In this document: one piece after another, positions 49,601 through 62,565 of the stretch
How positions within the stretch are numbered: position 1 is the first letter of the stretch
Layout of the letters: the number at the start of each line of letters is the position of its first letter
Assembly (NCBI GenBank): GCA_025603075.1
Contig: MU626337.1
Coordinates: forward strand, 1 to 64,000
Direction: 5' to 3'
DNA from: Neoconidiobolus thromboides FSU 785
Taxonomy: Eukaryota; Fungi; Entomophthoromycota
DNA: 64,000 bases
Made by a program: the position numbers and the translations under genes
Notes under the pieces: generated by a model
Seen by the model: the letters and a program-made list of their open reading frames with translations, nothing else
Database searches by the model: none
Told to the model about the DNA's origin: nothing

Positions 49601-50024
49601 ATTAGCTACTTTAGATCATTTACCTCAACAAAATTATTCAATCGGCGATAAAATTCAAGGTAGAATATTAGACATTGATAATCAAAATAATATGATAGAT
49701 TTATCTTTTAATACGAAATTTAATAAAGATAAATATCAACCTAAATTTGATTCAAGTAGTAAATCAAATAAAATGGATAAAGAAGTTAAGGATTTATTAA
49801 TAGAACAATTAAATAATAATAATAATATATCAGCAATTATTGAATTAGTTAAAGAAGATTATTTAATTGTATCTTTACCACAATATAAAGATATAATTAG
49901 TTATGTTAATATTAAATCATATAATGAGCGTACATCACCTTTTTTAAAATATAAATATTTACAACAAATTAGCTGTAATTTAATTCAATTAAATGAAAAT
50001 AGAAATCAAATATTATTAAAATTA

Positions 50025-50070
<46 letters not shown>

Positions 50071-52691
50071 TCAACAATAACAAAGTCAATAATAATATTA
50101 AAGGATTAGAAATTGGTAAAGAAGTTACAGGTATTGTTATGAAAGTATTGAAGAATTCACATAGAATAAGAGTTAGTTTACCAGAATTTAAAACTAATGG
50201 ATTAATGGATTTCAATCAAATATTTAGTAATTATAATCAAATTGAAGATCCATTAAAGCCCTTTAAAGATTTCCCAATTAATAAACAAATTCAATGTAAA
50301 ATTATTGATCTTTATGAACTAAAAGTAAAAACATCAATTAAAAATAAAAAAAATAAGATCATTGAATTATCTATGTTAAATGAAGATAACAATAATAAAA
50401 AGAATGAATACTCAATTGGTGATAAAGTATTAGGATTTATTAAAGCAGTTGATAAGAAGGGTATTTTAGTTAAATTAAGAAATAATCGATTAGGATTAAT
50501 TAATTATTTTGATATTTCTAAAGAATATAATATAATCAATAACTATCAACAATTGTTTAAAATAGGTATGCCATTAGAAGTAAAACTATTAGAAACAATT
50601 AAAGAAGATAAAAAAATTGTTAATTTAACTTTAATTAATTGTAAATTATCAACTATCAAGTATGATATTTATCCAATAGCTTATCAATCTTTATCTGAAA
50701 TTAAAGTGGATAGTTTATTAACTGGGAAAATGAATTTGACAGATGTAAAGAAGAATTTAATGAATGGATTTGCTTTAAAATTTCATATTAAAAATAATGA
50801 ATATTCAGAATTAAAAGATATTAATGTTAAAGTACAAATAGATCAATTACAAGATAATTATAAAGATATTATTAATTTTATTAATGAGAATTATAATTCC
50901 TTTTTAAAGTTAAAAGTATTACAAGTTAATGAAGATACAATATTTGCTTCATTAAGAGAGTCCATTGTTAATAGTAATAATTTTACTGGAAGTGTTAAAA
51001 ACCAGTTATTTGAAGCTATTGAAGATGAATTAATTGAAGGCAATGAAGTTACTGGGTTTGTTAAAAAGATTACAGATCGTGGAATTAAATTATATTTAAA
51101 CAACGATACTTTTGCTTTAATTGATAATGAAGATTTGATTAATTCAATTGGTAAAGATTGGAATAAAAAAATTCAACAATGTGATGTTTTAAATGGAAAA
51201 GTTAAATCGTAAGTTTAATTTATTATTATTATTATAATCAAATAACAATATTAATCTCATTACTTATTTAGTATTATTGATGGCAAAATCAAACTTAATA
51301 CTATTACTCCAATCAGTAGTATTATCCCCAAACTTAAAGTCAAAAAACCAATTATTATAGAGAATGGAAGTTTTGTAATTGTCAAAGCCAAAATATTAAG
51401 AGCCCATAAAGGAGCAATTACTATGTTAATATTAAGAAATCGAAAATTGGCTGTTTGTGCTAAAAATGATCATCGATGTGAATTTCCAAAGAATATTAAT
51501 AATTTAAAGAAAAATCAAGTTGTAGATGTTGCTTTAATGGATTTTGATGAAAACAAAAATGCTTATTTAGCTTCATTTAATCAATTAAGTAAAGATGATG
51601 AAGACAGTGAGAACGAAAGTGAAGAGGAAGAGGAAGAAGAGATGGAAGACATCAAAGAAAGTAAAGAGAATGAAGATGAAATTGATATGGAAGAAGAAGT
51701 TATGGAATCATCTGAAGAAATGGAACCATTGGATATTGATGAAGATGTAGAATCTTCAGAAGAAGAAGGGGATATTATGGATATTGAAGATGAAATGGAG
51801 GATAGCGAATCCGAATCTCAACCAAAAAAGAAGAAAGAAAAGAGTCGATATTTATTACCAGAAGATACTACAGCTGATCAAAAAGCACCTCAAGTAGCTG
51901 ATGATTATGAAAAATTAATTTTAGCTTCACCCAATGCCTCTTATCTTTGGATTAATTATATGGCGTATCATCTACAATTAACTAATTTAGAAAAAGCAAG
52001 ACAAGTTGGACAAAGAGCATTACAAACAATTAGCTTAAAAGAAGAAAATGAACGATTTAATGTTCATGTTGCTTTAATTAAACTAGAATATAAATTTGGA
52101 ACCAAGGAAACATTAGAAAAGCAATTTCAAATATCTAAAGTATCAGTTAATCAACCTAAACATTTGTATTTACAATTAGCTAATACTTATAAAGAAGATA
52201 AAAACGACCGAGAAGTAGAAAAAGTATATTTACAAATGCAAAAACGATTTGCACAAAGTCAAAAGATTTGGTTGACTCAAGTGGAATATTATCTAACTAA
52301 AAAACAAAACGAGCAAGCACAAAAAATATTATCTCAATCATTAAAATCATTACCAAAAAGAAAACATATTAAAATCATTTTCAAAGCTGCTCAATTGCAT
52401 TATAAATATACGAATTTTGAAACAGCAAGAACTTTATTTGAGGGGATTTTAGCCAATTATCAAAATAAATTGGATATTTGGGCCGTTTATATCGATATGG
52501 AAGTTAAGTATAGTAAAGATTTAGATTATGTTCGAGGTATTTTTAATAGAGTATTAAAGCTCAATTGGTCATCTAAGAAAGTTAAGTTTTTGTTTAAAAA
52601 GTATTTGGCTATTGAAAATCAAAATGGAGATGTTCAAAAGATTCAACATGTTAAACAATTAGCGGCGGATTATGTCAATTCATTGAATTAA
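46667..52691 (+). CDS. RRP5: rRNA biogenesis protein Rrp5 (S1 repeats plus C-terminal HAT/TPR), 4 exons (46667-46771, 46830-46961, 47022-51208, 51272-52691), about 1947 aa
   Basis: DFPRG N-terminus, multiple S1 repeats (IKSIEDHG, GLTNYGVFVNF), DDYEKLILASPNASYLWINYMA, ARTLFEGILANY, KFLFKKYL. The exon sum of 5844 nt is in frame. Confidence 0.96.
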
Positions 52692-52865
52692 AGAGAAGGA
52701 GAGAAGAGTTTATAGATTTATTATTTTTATTCTATTTTTAAAATATTAAGAAATAAAATTGGTTAATTTTGAAATTATCTATTACTATCTTTTTTTTTAA
52801 ATAGTTTCAAAATTTCAAAGGTCTATTGTGTATTTATTAAATTATTATTATCAATTATAAAAAAT

Positions 52866-52958
52866 ATGTATTTTTTTAAGAATTTTGGTAACAGTTTTTC
52901 CACATAAATAATAGCACTTAAAAAATAGAAAAAATGACGAAACCAAAAAAACACCCTC
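52866..52958 (+). mobile_element. MITE copy, 5'-truncated
   Basis: ttaagaattt...ttccaca...tagcacttaa...CACCCTC|ATAT. Confidence 0.78.
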
Positions 52959-53970
52959 ATATGTTTAAATAAATAAAAAGTGAAATATAATCTATAAGTT
53001 TTATTTCTTCATAATAGAAGTTTACTTTAGCTTCAATTTATCTATTGATATAAACACTTTCTAACTCATAATTCACATACTGAACCCTTTTCATCTTCTT
53101 TTGTATTTCCTTCACTACTAGTTTTCCGATATTTTTCACAGCCACTGATTTCACTTGTATACAAAAATTAGCTTAGTCCATAAGACTTCAATAAAATAAC
53201 CCCCTTTTAATTTCAATTTTAATAGTCAAACTATTTTTTTCATTTCTTTAAATATTTAATTGTCTCAAGAAAGCTTCAAATTCATCCCTGAATTTCTATT
53301 GACAATACTCTATTTTTGATAGTTTATTAATTGAAAAGGAGTCTATCTTTTTTAGTTATTTAAAACTATTCCTAATTGAATCTCAATCTTTTATTACAAG
53401 TAAAAAATCAAGTAAAGTGAAGTGATTTGATTTTCTCTGAAATTCAAAACTCAATACAATCAAGTTTTTTAAAACCTAAGTACTAATTTGATATTTCACT
53501 TTTTGCTAGCTAAGTGATATTTAATAGTTGAATTTGATTTAAATAATATGAAGTAGCAAAAATGGTGTAGTTCTAGGGTTTACTGAAAACTAAGCCAACC
53601 ATCTTAATCAGTGTATTGAGCTTGAATTGACAGTTTTTTTTATAATAAATTGAATAATTATTATAACTTCGATTGAAACAATAGGACTATTTCATATTTT
53701 ATATTTTATATTTTATATATTTTATATTTTGTATTTTATATTTTCTCAGTTGAATCATGACTATTAAGATTCTTGCATTCAACAAATTCAAAATTCGAAA
53801 TGTTCATGTTGAAATAAAGCAGCAGTAAATAAGAATAAAATTCAATTAGAGCATCTTTTATTTTTTAAAATCAATAAAAACTAAAAATAGATTCCATAAA
53901 TTTTATTTCATGATAATAAAAATCACTTTAGTTTCAATTCTTCCATAGATTTAAAATCACCTTAAAAATT

Positions 53971-55719
53971 CTAATTCTTCCCTACCTTAACCCTTTTCTT
54001 ATCCTTTTTCACCTCCTCCAAAATCAACCGTGCTATGTTTTTTGCTGCTACTGTTTCTACTTCCATACAAGAAATCGCTGGCTCCATTGCATTTAAATAG
54101 TATAGCCCACTCTCTACTTTAATTTTTGGAAACAACAAATCTTCCCCATTCCCTTTTTTTAATATTTTCATTTTAGGATAAGCTAGCCAAGGTTGATGAG
54201 TGATCTTTTCTTTACTGATTTTGTTTTTCAATAATGTATTCAAATAATCTTCTGGTAATTTTTGGTTAGCAGAAATAGTAACTATTTGATCTTGAGTATT
54301 TTGAGAGATAACGGTGTAGGGCAGAGTCTTATTATAACCAAAAATAAGTGAAGGTACAGCTTCCGTTTCTTTTAAATTAAAAAATATCGGATTTAAGGTA
54401 TTTTCTTCAATAATATATTCATGTACTGGTTGATATTGTACCTCTTCAGATGGCCAATTTAGCTTATTAAATTTGATTTGACTTTGATGATAAGGTGTAG
54501 CTATTATTACATAATCATATACTTTATCTGAAGCTAAGCCATTAATATCAAGAGTATATCGAGCCTTGGATTTATCTTTTTTGTTACGAATTTTATGTAT
54601 TTGAGTGATGGCTGAATTAAGATGTAAATTAGCAAAGCTATGGGCCACATATTGCTGGAAAATTTCTTGATTACCCTTGATGGTGGTGTACGCTCCATCC
54701 ACTACATATAAGTAAGAAAAAAAATTATTTCATTACTATTGCATTCAATTGAACTTACCTCCAATAAGTGCAATAGCGCCCGCCAAAGCATGTAACTCAT
54801 TATCAATCGTATAAATATTTCTTGAAATAGCTTGTAGCATTTCATCAGTAAACATTTCTCCAGCTCTCCACTCATTGATTAACACTTCCCTAGTCGTCTT
54901 CTTTGCATACTCCAAAATTTCTAATCTCTGAAATAATTCTTCTACAGTATTGAAAGTTGGAAAATCCGATTGATATAATTTTAAAAATTTAGCCTTTATA
55001 GTGTTAGCAAACTTACTGGCTTGGTAGAATCCCCAACCGTATCGGTAATAAAATTGTGCTTTGTTGTAATAACTGGAGTCTAATTTGGACACAAATTGTT
55101 GTCCATTGTATAAACCAAAGTCACCTTCACCACGAGCAGTGTCTGAATAAGCAATGTCGAAATCTTGGGTTGCGTTCTAAATAATGGGTTAAGGTGATTA
55201 CTAAATAAATATTTAAAATCATTATGAAAACAGATATTTACCATAATATTATAATTCACACTAATAAATAAATAGTCTATTAATATTTTATCCAGAAAAT
55301 TACAAAAAAACTTACTTAACAAATACACCACCTCCTAATTCAAATTTGTTCTCTTTTTCTAAAGTTAAAGACTTAATTCGTCCACCTACACGGGGACTTT
55401 TTTCAAACAAATCAATCTCAAATGGTAATCGATGGAGTTCATCAATGGCTAATTTACCAAGATAATAGCTTAAACTACTTCCACCTGCACCAGCTCCAAT
55501 ACTATATAAATGAAGCAAAAAGTTAGTAACATGTAGTTCTAATGGGAAAGAAAGGGAAAGGATAAATGGTTTAATGGAATTTTAAAAAAACACTTACATA
55601 GCTACTTTAATTAAATTATTGTTGTTATCTTTTTCCTTAGTAAAAGACTTTTGTCGTTTGCAAGTAACAAAAGTTATAAGAGTAAAAATAATTGATAAAT
55701 AAAAATTATCGAGCTTCAT
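53971..55719 (-). CDS. PCYOX1: Prenylcysteine oxidase/lyase (PCYOX1-like FAD enzyme), 5 exons (55719-55598, 55501-55316, 55260-55242, 55176-54759, 54701-53971), about 491 aa
   Basis: Signal peptide, KVAIIGAGAGGSS, FEKSPRVGGR, ELGGGVFV, LYNGQQFV, YLNAMEPAISCMEVETVAAKNIARL. The exon sum of 1476 nt is in frame when a 19-nt microexon is included. Confidence 0.9.
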
Positions 55720-57035
55720 TATACTAGATTGAAAAACTTTTAAATAAAAAAGATAAAGATTAATTTCTTTGTTTTGGGTTGAAATAGTTGAGCATTTTTT
55801 TTACAAAATTGATTAATTTAGTTCATTAGTGACATCACCCCATTTATGCTATAGGTTTAAGAATAATATGAAAGAGATTTGTATTAACATTTATTTTATT
55901 GAGAGTTTTTTTGATAAACGAAATAGACGAAAGTAGAAATGTGGTAGTAATATATATAGATTTGAAATAGGTCATACAAGTTGTTGTTTCTACATAATAG
56001 TTTGTAGTTATTATTCTATAGAAACTAAAAATTCATGAGCTTATCTAAAAGCTTTTATTTCCACCCTTAATCAGTCTTTAACTTAGTAATTAGAACTTCA
56101 ATTTAGCCAAAATAGAAAAGTGGAATTTAAAAGCAGAATTCTCAAAACCCAAAACATAAAATTTAAAAAAAAATACTATACAAAAGATACCATATCAATA
56201 TTACTCTAATAGCTTGAAAAAAATTCTAAAAAATATAATAACATTTTTTTAATCTCTTAAATCCTTTTTAATCAAACTTGCGAATCTGCTCAAATTTATT
56301 ACCTTTTTTGAAAAACTAGAGAAATGGGTATTTGGATTGAAATGTGAGCGATTAACCACATACAGATTTTATAACTCTCTTTTAATTTATTTGATGATAA
56401 TTTTTACAATCAATATGCTTATATGTTCAATTTTCTATAGCTCAATTCCTACATCTTTGCTAGATTTTAGTCTAATTTTTTTCTTAAAAGAACAATTAAT
56501 AAAGTTGTAAAAGAATTACAATAGTTCTAATAACCAGACTATAGAATTGGGCAACACTATGATGTCCTAATAGGCTAATTTTTATTATGTTGTTTATATT
56601 GGGGCTATAATAAGTACTTATATAAAGAATATTATTCAGAGTTGAAAAGTTGGATGTTTTTGAGGTTGAGTATACAGTAGTAAAAAAAGATAGCCAATGT
56701 TATATTCGAATGTTTTTATGAGTATCAAATAAAAAGAAGTATCTTTAAAAAAGTAATTGAGTTTTAAATAGTTAATAACTCTAGCAATCTACTTTCAACT
56801 AACATTCTATAAGTGTTTTGCTTTATTACTGCTTTTTATATAAATGCAAGGAATATTAAATTCAAATATTAGTTTGATATTAAATAAATTTCATACTTCA
56901 AACAGCATTTTATAAAATGTTAAAGTTACATTAAATAAATATTCCTAAAACCGTCAATATTCAAAAATGAATAGGATATATATTATTTTATATTACTTTT
57001 GAAGTTTATAAAATATTGAAACCTTTTCTAGATAT

Positions 57036-57130
57036 GGGGATGTACTTTTATATTTAAAAATTTTACAACAATTTTTCCGCATAAATAGTACTTAAGAAAT
57101 GGAAAAAGTGACGAAACCAAAAAAAATACC
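57036..57130 (+). mobile_element. MITE copy (right end degenerate)
   Basis: ATAT|GGGGATGTAC...atagtacttaagaaatggaaaaag. Confidence 0.82.
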
Positions 57131-57803
57131 ATTATATATTAAAATAAATAGATTAATAGGCATTTTACTATGAAAATAATAATAAACTCTTTTTTTTATA
57201 AAAAGTATCCTAAATACACCCCTTTGAAAATGTATAAAATCCTGAGTTGGCAATTTTACAAGCAAAATTTCTAAAATATTAACAATTTTTAACATTTTGT
57301 TAAAAATTTTGCTTGCAAATGTTCAATCTCAGTGTTTGAAACGTTTTTGAAGAGATGTATTATGTTAATGAGTATTTTACTCGAATTCAAATAACATAAT
57401 TAATAGATGATATGCTTTTTGAACCAACTTGGATATCCAAAAAAAAAATTTGAACAAATAGTTGAAAAATTTTCTTGATAACAACTTGATTCAAAATTAA
57501 ACAAACAAACTGTTATGATAAAAATTATCAAAGTCTTTTCTTCACCCTAACTAATTGATTTTCCCTATAATGTTTTTTTTAAATCAAATTGAAAAAATAT
57601 TCTTACAGCTTAAGCTTGGTCAAATTTATTTGGAGCTTTAAATTTTTTCGAATCAAGCTATAAAAGTCAAATATTTTTACTGTGGTAACGTCAATTATAA
57701 AGCAGGAAGGGTAAAGGAATGAAGTTATTAAAGTATAGATAACAAATAAATTCAAAAGTCCCAGCTTCAGATAGAATAATATTTTGTTTTCCGTTTTACA
57801 TTT

Positions 57804-58267
57804 TGTGAAATATCGCTTTCTCAGTCTCATGGTTAATTATAGCATAACAATCGCCTAAGCTGTTGTGTTCTCGAGCTCAGAGAAAATCAATCCCATGTTC
57901 TTAGTTTGATTTGATATGAGGATTTCTATCTTCGTCTCAAAGAATATTCTCCCCTCGTTTTGACATTTATACTTATCGGAGTATAAAAGAGATTCTAAAA
58001 CATAATAACTCGAGACTTTTTAACTGAATTATTCCCTAATATCTCAAACATTTAATAAAGCCACTAAGTTTTCTTAATAGTGTTTTACGTAGATTTTACA
58101 TTAGTATTGTCTATTCTATTTGTCTTATATAGCTTGTAACCTATCACGTGCTATTCCCCATAATCCAAGGCTATCTTAGTCACATAAACTAAGACCTTTC
58201 GACTTATAGTGTAGTCAACCCAGTAATAGCTGTTCTTGACTCCAAACCCTGAGTACCAGATTTCACA
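57804..58267 (+). mobile_element. Solo LTR (464 bp)
   Basis: TGTGAAAT...ATTTCACA termini, internal TATAAAAG and AATAAA. TSD ATTT at 57800-03 and 58268-71. Homologous to 8400-8863. Confidence 0.9.
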
Positions 58268-58907
58268 ATTTTCATTATATTGAATTAACTAAGCTTAGAA
58301 CAAAGCGGTCTCAGTAAAAGCAAAAGGAGAGATATCATTAATTGATACTTTAATAGAATTAGATGTAAATAGCTCAAAAGCTGGTCAAAAAGGGAAAGAG
58401 CTGGAGAAAAATCAAATAGAAAAATAAAACTTAAGAGAATTAGAAAGTGTTATAAAATAAGCTGTATGGTTCTATTACATTATTATATACTTCAGTACAA
58501 TCAAGTCAGTTAAAAAAAATATTAATAGAATTTTTAACTATATTTTATAATAAAACAGCTGTTGATGTATAGCATTTTGTTTTTTAATTTAGATTGATTT
58601 TTACTTTGGTCTTTTTTAATTTTTTTAATATTTAGTTTTATAATTGAAAAATAAATTTACAAAATTTATTTAAATTTGCAGAGTCCAAATTAAAATAGAT
58701 AGTTCGTATCATATATTAACTTTAAATATTTTTATTAATATTTGTCTATATAATTTTGACAATTCAATTAATAATTGACTCGAAATACACCATACTCATA
58801 ATAAAATAGTTGTACTTATATTATTGTGAGCTTCATAAAAAATTAAAATTGTCATGATTAAATATTTTGACTTAGAGTTAAATGTTCAAATTTTTGATAA
58901 AAAATAT

Positions 58908-59004
58908 GGGCATGTATTTTTGTATTCAAGATTTTTAATAACAATTTTTCCACTTGAATAGCGCTTAAAAGATGGAAAAGTAATGAAGCCAAAAAAGATA
59001 CCCC
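58908..59004 (+). mobile_element. MITE copy
   Basis: TSD ATAT on both sides. Confidence 0.9.
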
Positions 59005-59178
59005 ATATAGTATTGAACCAAATACATTGCATTAAGGTTATATTTAACTATGTATTCTAAGTGCTACAATCGGATTTAAACAAAAAGCGTACAAAACATT
59101 ATAATAAGTACTTCATAGATAGAATAATCAGCATAACACCACATCAATGAATTTATTTTTGGCTTCGATTTAATATAT

Positions 59179-59271
59179 GGGAGTGTTTTTTTTGACTTCA
59201 TTATTTTTTCCATTTTTAAGCGCTATAAGCAGAAAAGTTAGTAAAATTCTTAAATACAAAAATACATCCCC
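59179..59271 (-). mobile_element. MITE copy
   Basis: TSD ATAT on both sides. Confidence 0.9.
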
Positions 59272-60437
59272 ATATATAGTTAATAAGTTCCAGGAATTTC
59301 CTTTTAAAATTTTATCAAAAGTTTGAAGTTTGAATATGATCATATTTCTAGACTTTTACTCCGCTCGTTTAAATTATAAGAAAACGTTTAGATAACTGTT
59401 TATAAATTGCCTTAATTTATCTAGCTACCGCTAGTTCATCACCGACATTATATTTAATCTGTAATAGAGAATGCTTAACATTATTTAAACTTTTGCTTAA
59501 CTTTAAATCATAGATGTTTTTCATTTCTAACAATTTTTGCCCTTGCTACTAGTTTTGTATATTAAAATTAAGTGAATCAAAACAATTCATTTAAATTAGT
59601 CTCATTACTAGTATAGTAGCATATATCTCGTGTCATTGTTATTGACACCTTTACATTCGACGGCTAATATGGTTAATAGATCATGAATTATATTGTAACA
59701 ACTTATAAAACTTATTATTATTTAATCCCAGAAATCAAAAATTAATTAATTAATATTGACATCAAAGTTCATATAATCGAAGCTTATGAATTATAACAAT
59801 TAATTGACCGCAAGAAGGGAACCCTATAAGGTATTGATATATGGCAACTAAATTCATTTTTATTACTTAAAAGAAAGTAATTTATTAATTATTAAGTTTT
59901 GTTACAACTATTGATAAATTTTAATAGAAGGAAATTTTTGTTAATATAGGTGTTATAAAGAAAATTTTTTAGAACTCAGATTTTTAAAATTTAGGTATAA
60001 AAGGAAAACTGTCTAACTGAGTAATAAATTGGCTTAAAGAACGTGATTTCTAGGTTATCGCTTCATAGCTTGGAACCATATTTTTATTCAACTTACCTTT
60101 GATTTGATGCTAATTATAACTCCTAAATTTAACCAACCATCAAGATCTTTAAATTCCGTTTTGCCCAATCATGCATTGTTTTTAGGGTATTAGAATTACC
60201 CCAAACTGAGTAAATGAAGAGGAACTCAAAGTTTGACTTTGTGTAGAATTAGGCTTTTAAATTATAAAATTTCTTCATTTCATAATAAACAATTCATCTT
60301 TTTTATTTATATTAGAGATCTATCTATCATCTACCAATATAATAAAATCAATATATAAATTTAGGTCTCCACAATTTAAAATTGACTATTAATCTCAACT
60401 CAAGCTTGCTCTTTATAATAAGAGTTATCGAGTTAAC

Positions 60438-61802
60438 ATGTCTTTACTTAATAAATTTGTAAGCCTTTTTCTATTACCAAAATGTTAATATTAACAACAA
60501 TTAGAATTCTTTATCTAAATGGGTAAAATTATCAATAATATCCTCTTTTTTGCAAATATTAGTTATTTGCAGTTTGGAAGGAGTAATATTTGAGTTCGTT
60601 TATCGTTATACAAGTACAATTCCAGCTTCCCCTTCAAATAGTGAAGGAGATAGTGAAAGAAAACAGGCAGAGAGAAACTTTAAGGCTTTACCTACTTACT
60701 TTAGTTTATTTTTATTCGCACAATTCTTTCAATTCATACTATGTGTTGATGCTGTAAGTTCTTATTAATTTTGTGATATTTTCTAATCATTCTTTTAGGC
60801 ACTATATCAAAATACAATCCAAATTTCAATGTTAGCACTGTTTAATTTCTTACTTTTATTTTATGCATGTACCCAATTATACCAAACAACTAGTTTAAAA
60901 GAGAATATTAAGATGATACTACAACAAAAATTAGATGAGCTACCGAGTACAGCCACAATCATCAATTTGGAAATAAGTATAATAGTCATTTTAGTATTAT
61001 TTGCAACCTCATTTGCTTTTGTTGCTTATAAACTTTATCAAGAATATGGATGGAATTTATACAAACGTATTGGGGCTGATTTACAATTGAAAAGTAAATA
61101 TACATCAATAATAATATGATAAATGATAACATTTGGTTAGGAATGTTTATGGTCTACCACGTTTTTGTAATGATATTAAAATTTGATATTTTATTTTTTA
61201 TATCATTTTCAACACAGTATCTCGTACTCGTTATTTACCCTGATAAGAACCTTTCATCTGATTTTATAGTACATCTCACTGTTTCATTAGCTATTTGTAT
61301 TGTATTGTCCTCTCTTGCATTTTGGTCGGTAAGTATAAGTAAACTATTTTTTAAATTAGTACTAAAAGTGATACTTAGGTACGTACCGAAAGTAAATATG
61401 GAATAGCTGCATTTGCAGTTGGATGTATAGGGGTTTTGGGATACTTTATTAGTAAGTTATATGATATTTATCTAAAAGAAAACGAATCAGAGCGTGCGAG
61501 GAGGTTTGGATCATCCAAGATAACTCTAACTGTATTTATAACTTTTTGTATATTATTTTCAATAGTAATTTTATTTAATTACAATTTCATCAAATAGTAA
61601 CAATTTTTTAGCTGACGGTAATTGGTTCTATATTTTGCTATCGTAATTTCGGCCGTGGACTCAAAGATATAAGTAATAAATTTTTAATATTTATTTTTAT
61701 ACATATTTATTTTTGAGTTTAGTTAATAACAATCATCATGGCAAACTACTTCCAGATGAAAGAGCAAATACACGTAGTAATTCTAGATGGTCTTTAGATT
61801 AG
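60438..61802 (+). CDS. Multi-pass membrane protein, UPF0658 (Golgi membrane protein)-like, 7 exons (60438-58, 60505-753, 60799-61093, 61141-328, 61379-564, 61612-672, 61723-802), about 359 aa
   Basis: ALPTYFSLFLFAQFFQ, LYQNTIQ, KLYQEYGWNLYKRIGAD, MILKFD..FF, VRTESKYG, CYRNFGRGLK, C-terminal RWSLD. The exon sum of 1080 nt is in frame. Confidence 0.82.
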
Positions 61803-62565
61803 AAAGCTCCAAAATTTCAATTGAGTATTAGAATGCATAAATATTCAGATGGGACTTATTTTTAATATACACAACTAATTTATATAAGTGAGGTTATGGA
61901 ACAGTAATACTCGAATTTAGTTTGCTATTTATTGTTGATATTATTTTTTAAATTCTTAAATAGTGGGAAACATTAATCAAATACATTTTTTTATAATAAA
62001 GTAGTTTAAATAATAGTAATTACAGTATTTTAGTTTTAGTTTTAAATTCAATATAATGTTGTTAAGTAAAATGTACTTTTTATAGATATTAGTTGTATTT
62101 GAAATAATTAAATAATATTATCATAAAATCATAATAAATTATTAATAAGAATGAAAAAAGATAACCAATAACTAATAACGTCCTTTTTGACCTATCATCC
62201 CCTCCTGATCTTGATAATTTCATCTCTATTAACTGGATTAAACATGAAGCCTCAATGATCTTTAAACTCAAGGAATAGTTAAATATAACATAAAATTAAA
62301 CCTGATTTTACCATGAATCAATGTTAAATATAGTCTAAATTTAAAATTTTATTGCTTATTAAATTGTTCAATAATTAAAAATGATGAATCATCCTATTTT
62401 ATTCAAGTTTCAGTTATTTCAGGCATGATAAAAATATAATACAATTTTAATATACTTTATTTCTATATTGTTTCTATATTGTTTTAGCTTTATTATAAAA
62501 AACTCTAATGAGTTTCTCATTTTATGTTATACTTTTTTACTGACTATCGTTTGAAAATAAAAAAC

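Noticed and set aside
7510-57295. Track ORFs made largely of MITE or microsatellite sequence (7510-7746, 18452-18841, 20874-21143, 20897-21124, 57092-57295)
   Set aside because: They translate repeat DNA and have no coding signature.
3592-59271. CRISPR array or regularly spaced repeat interpretation of the ~97-bp repeat
   Set aside because: The copies are dispersed, occur in both orientations, carry TSDs, and lie in a eukaryotic intron-containing genome.
62089-62271. 60-aa hydrophobic ORF
   Set aside because: Short and AT-rich, with no recognisable family or splice context.
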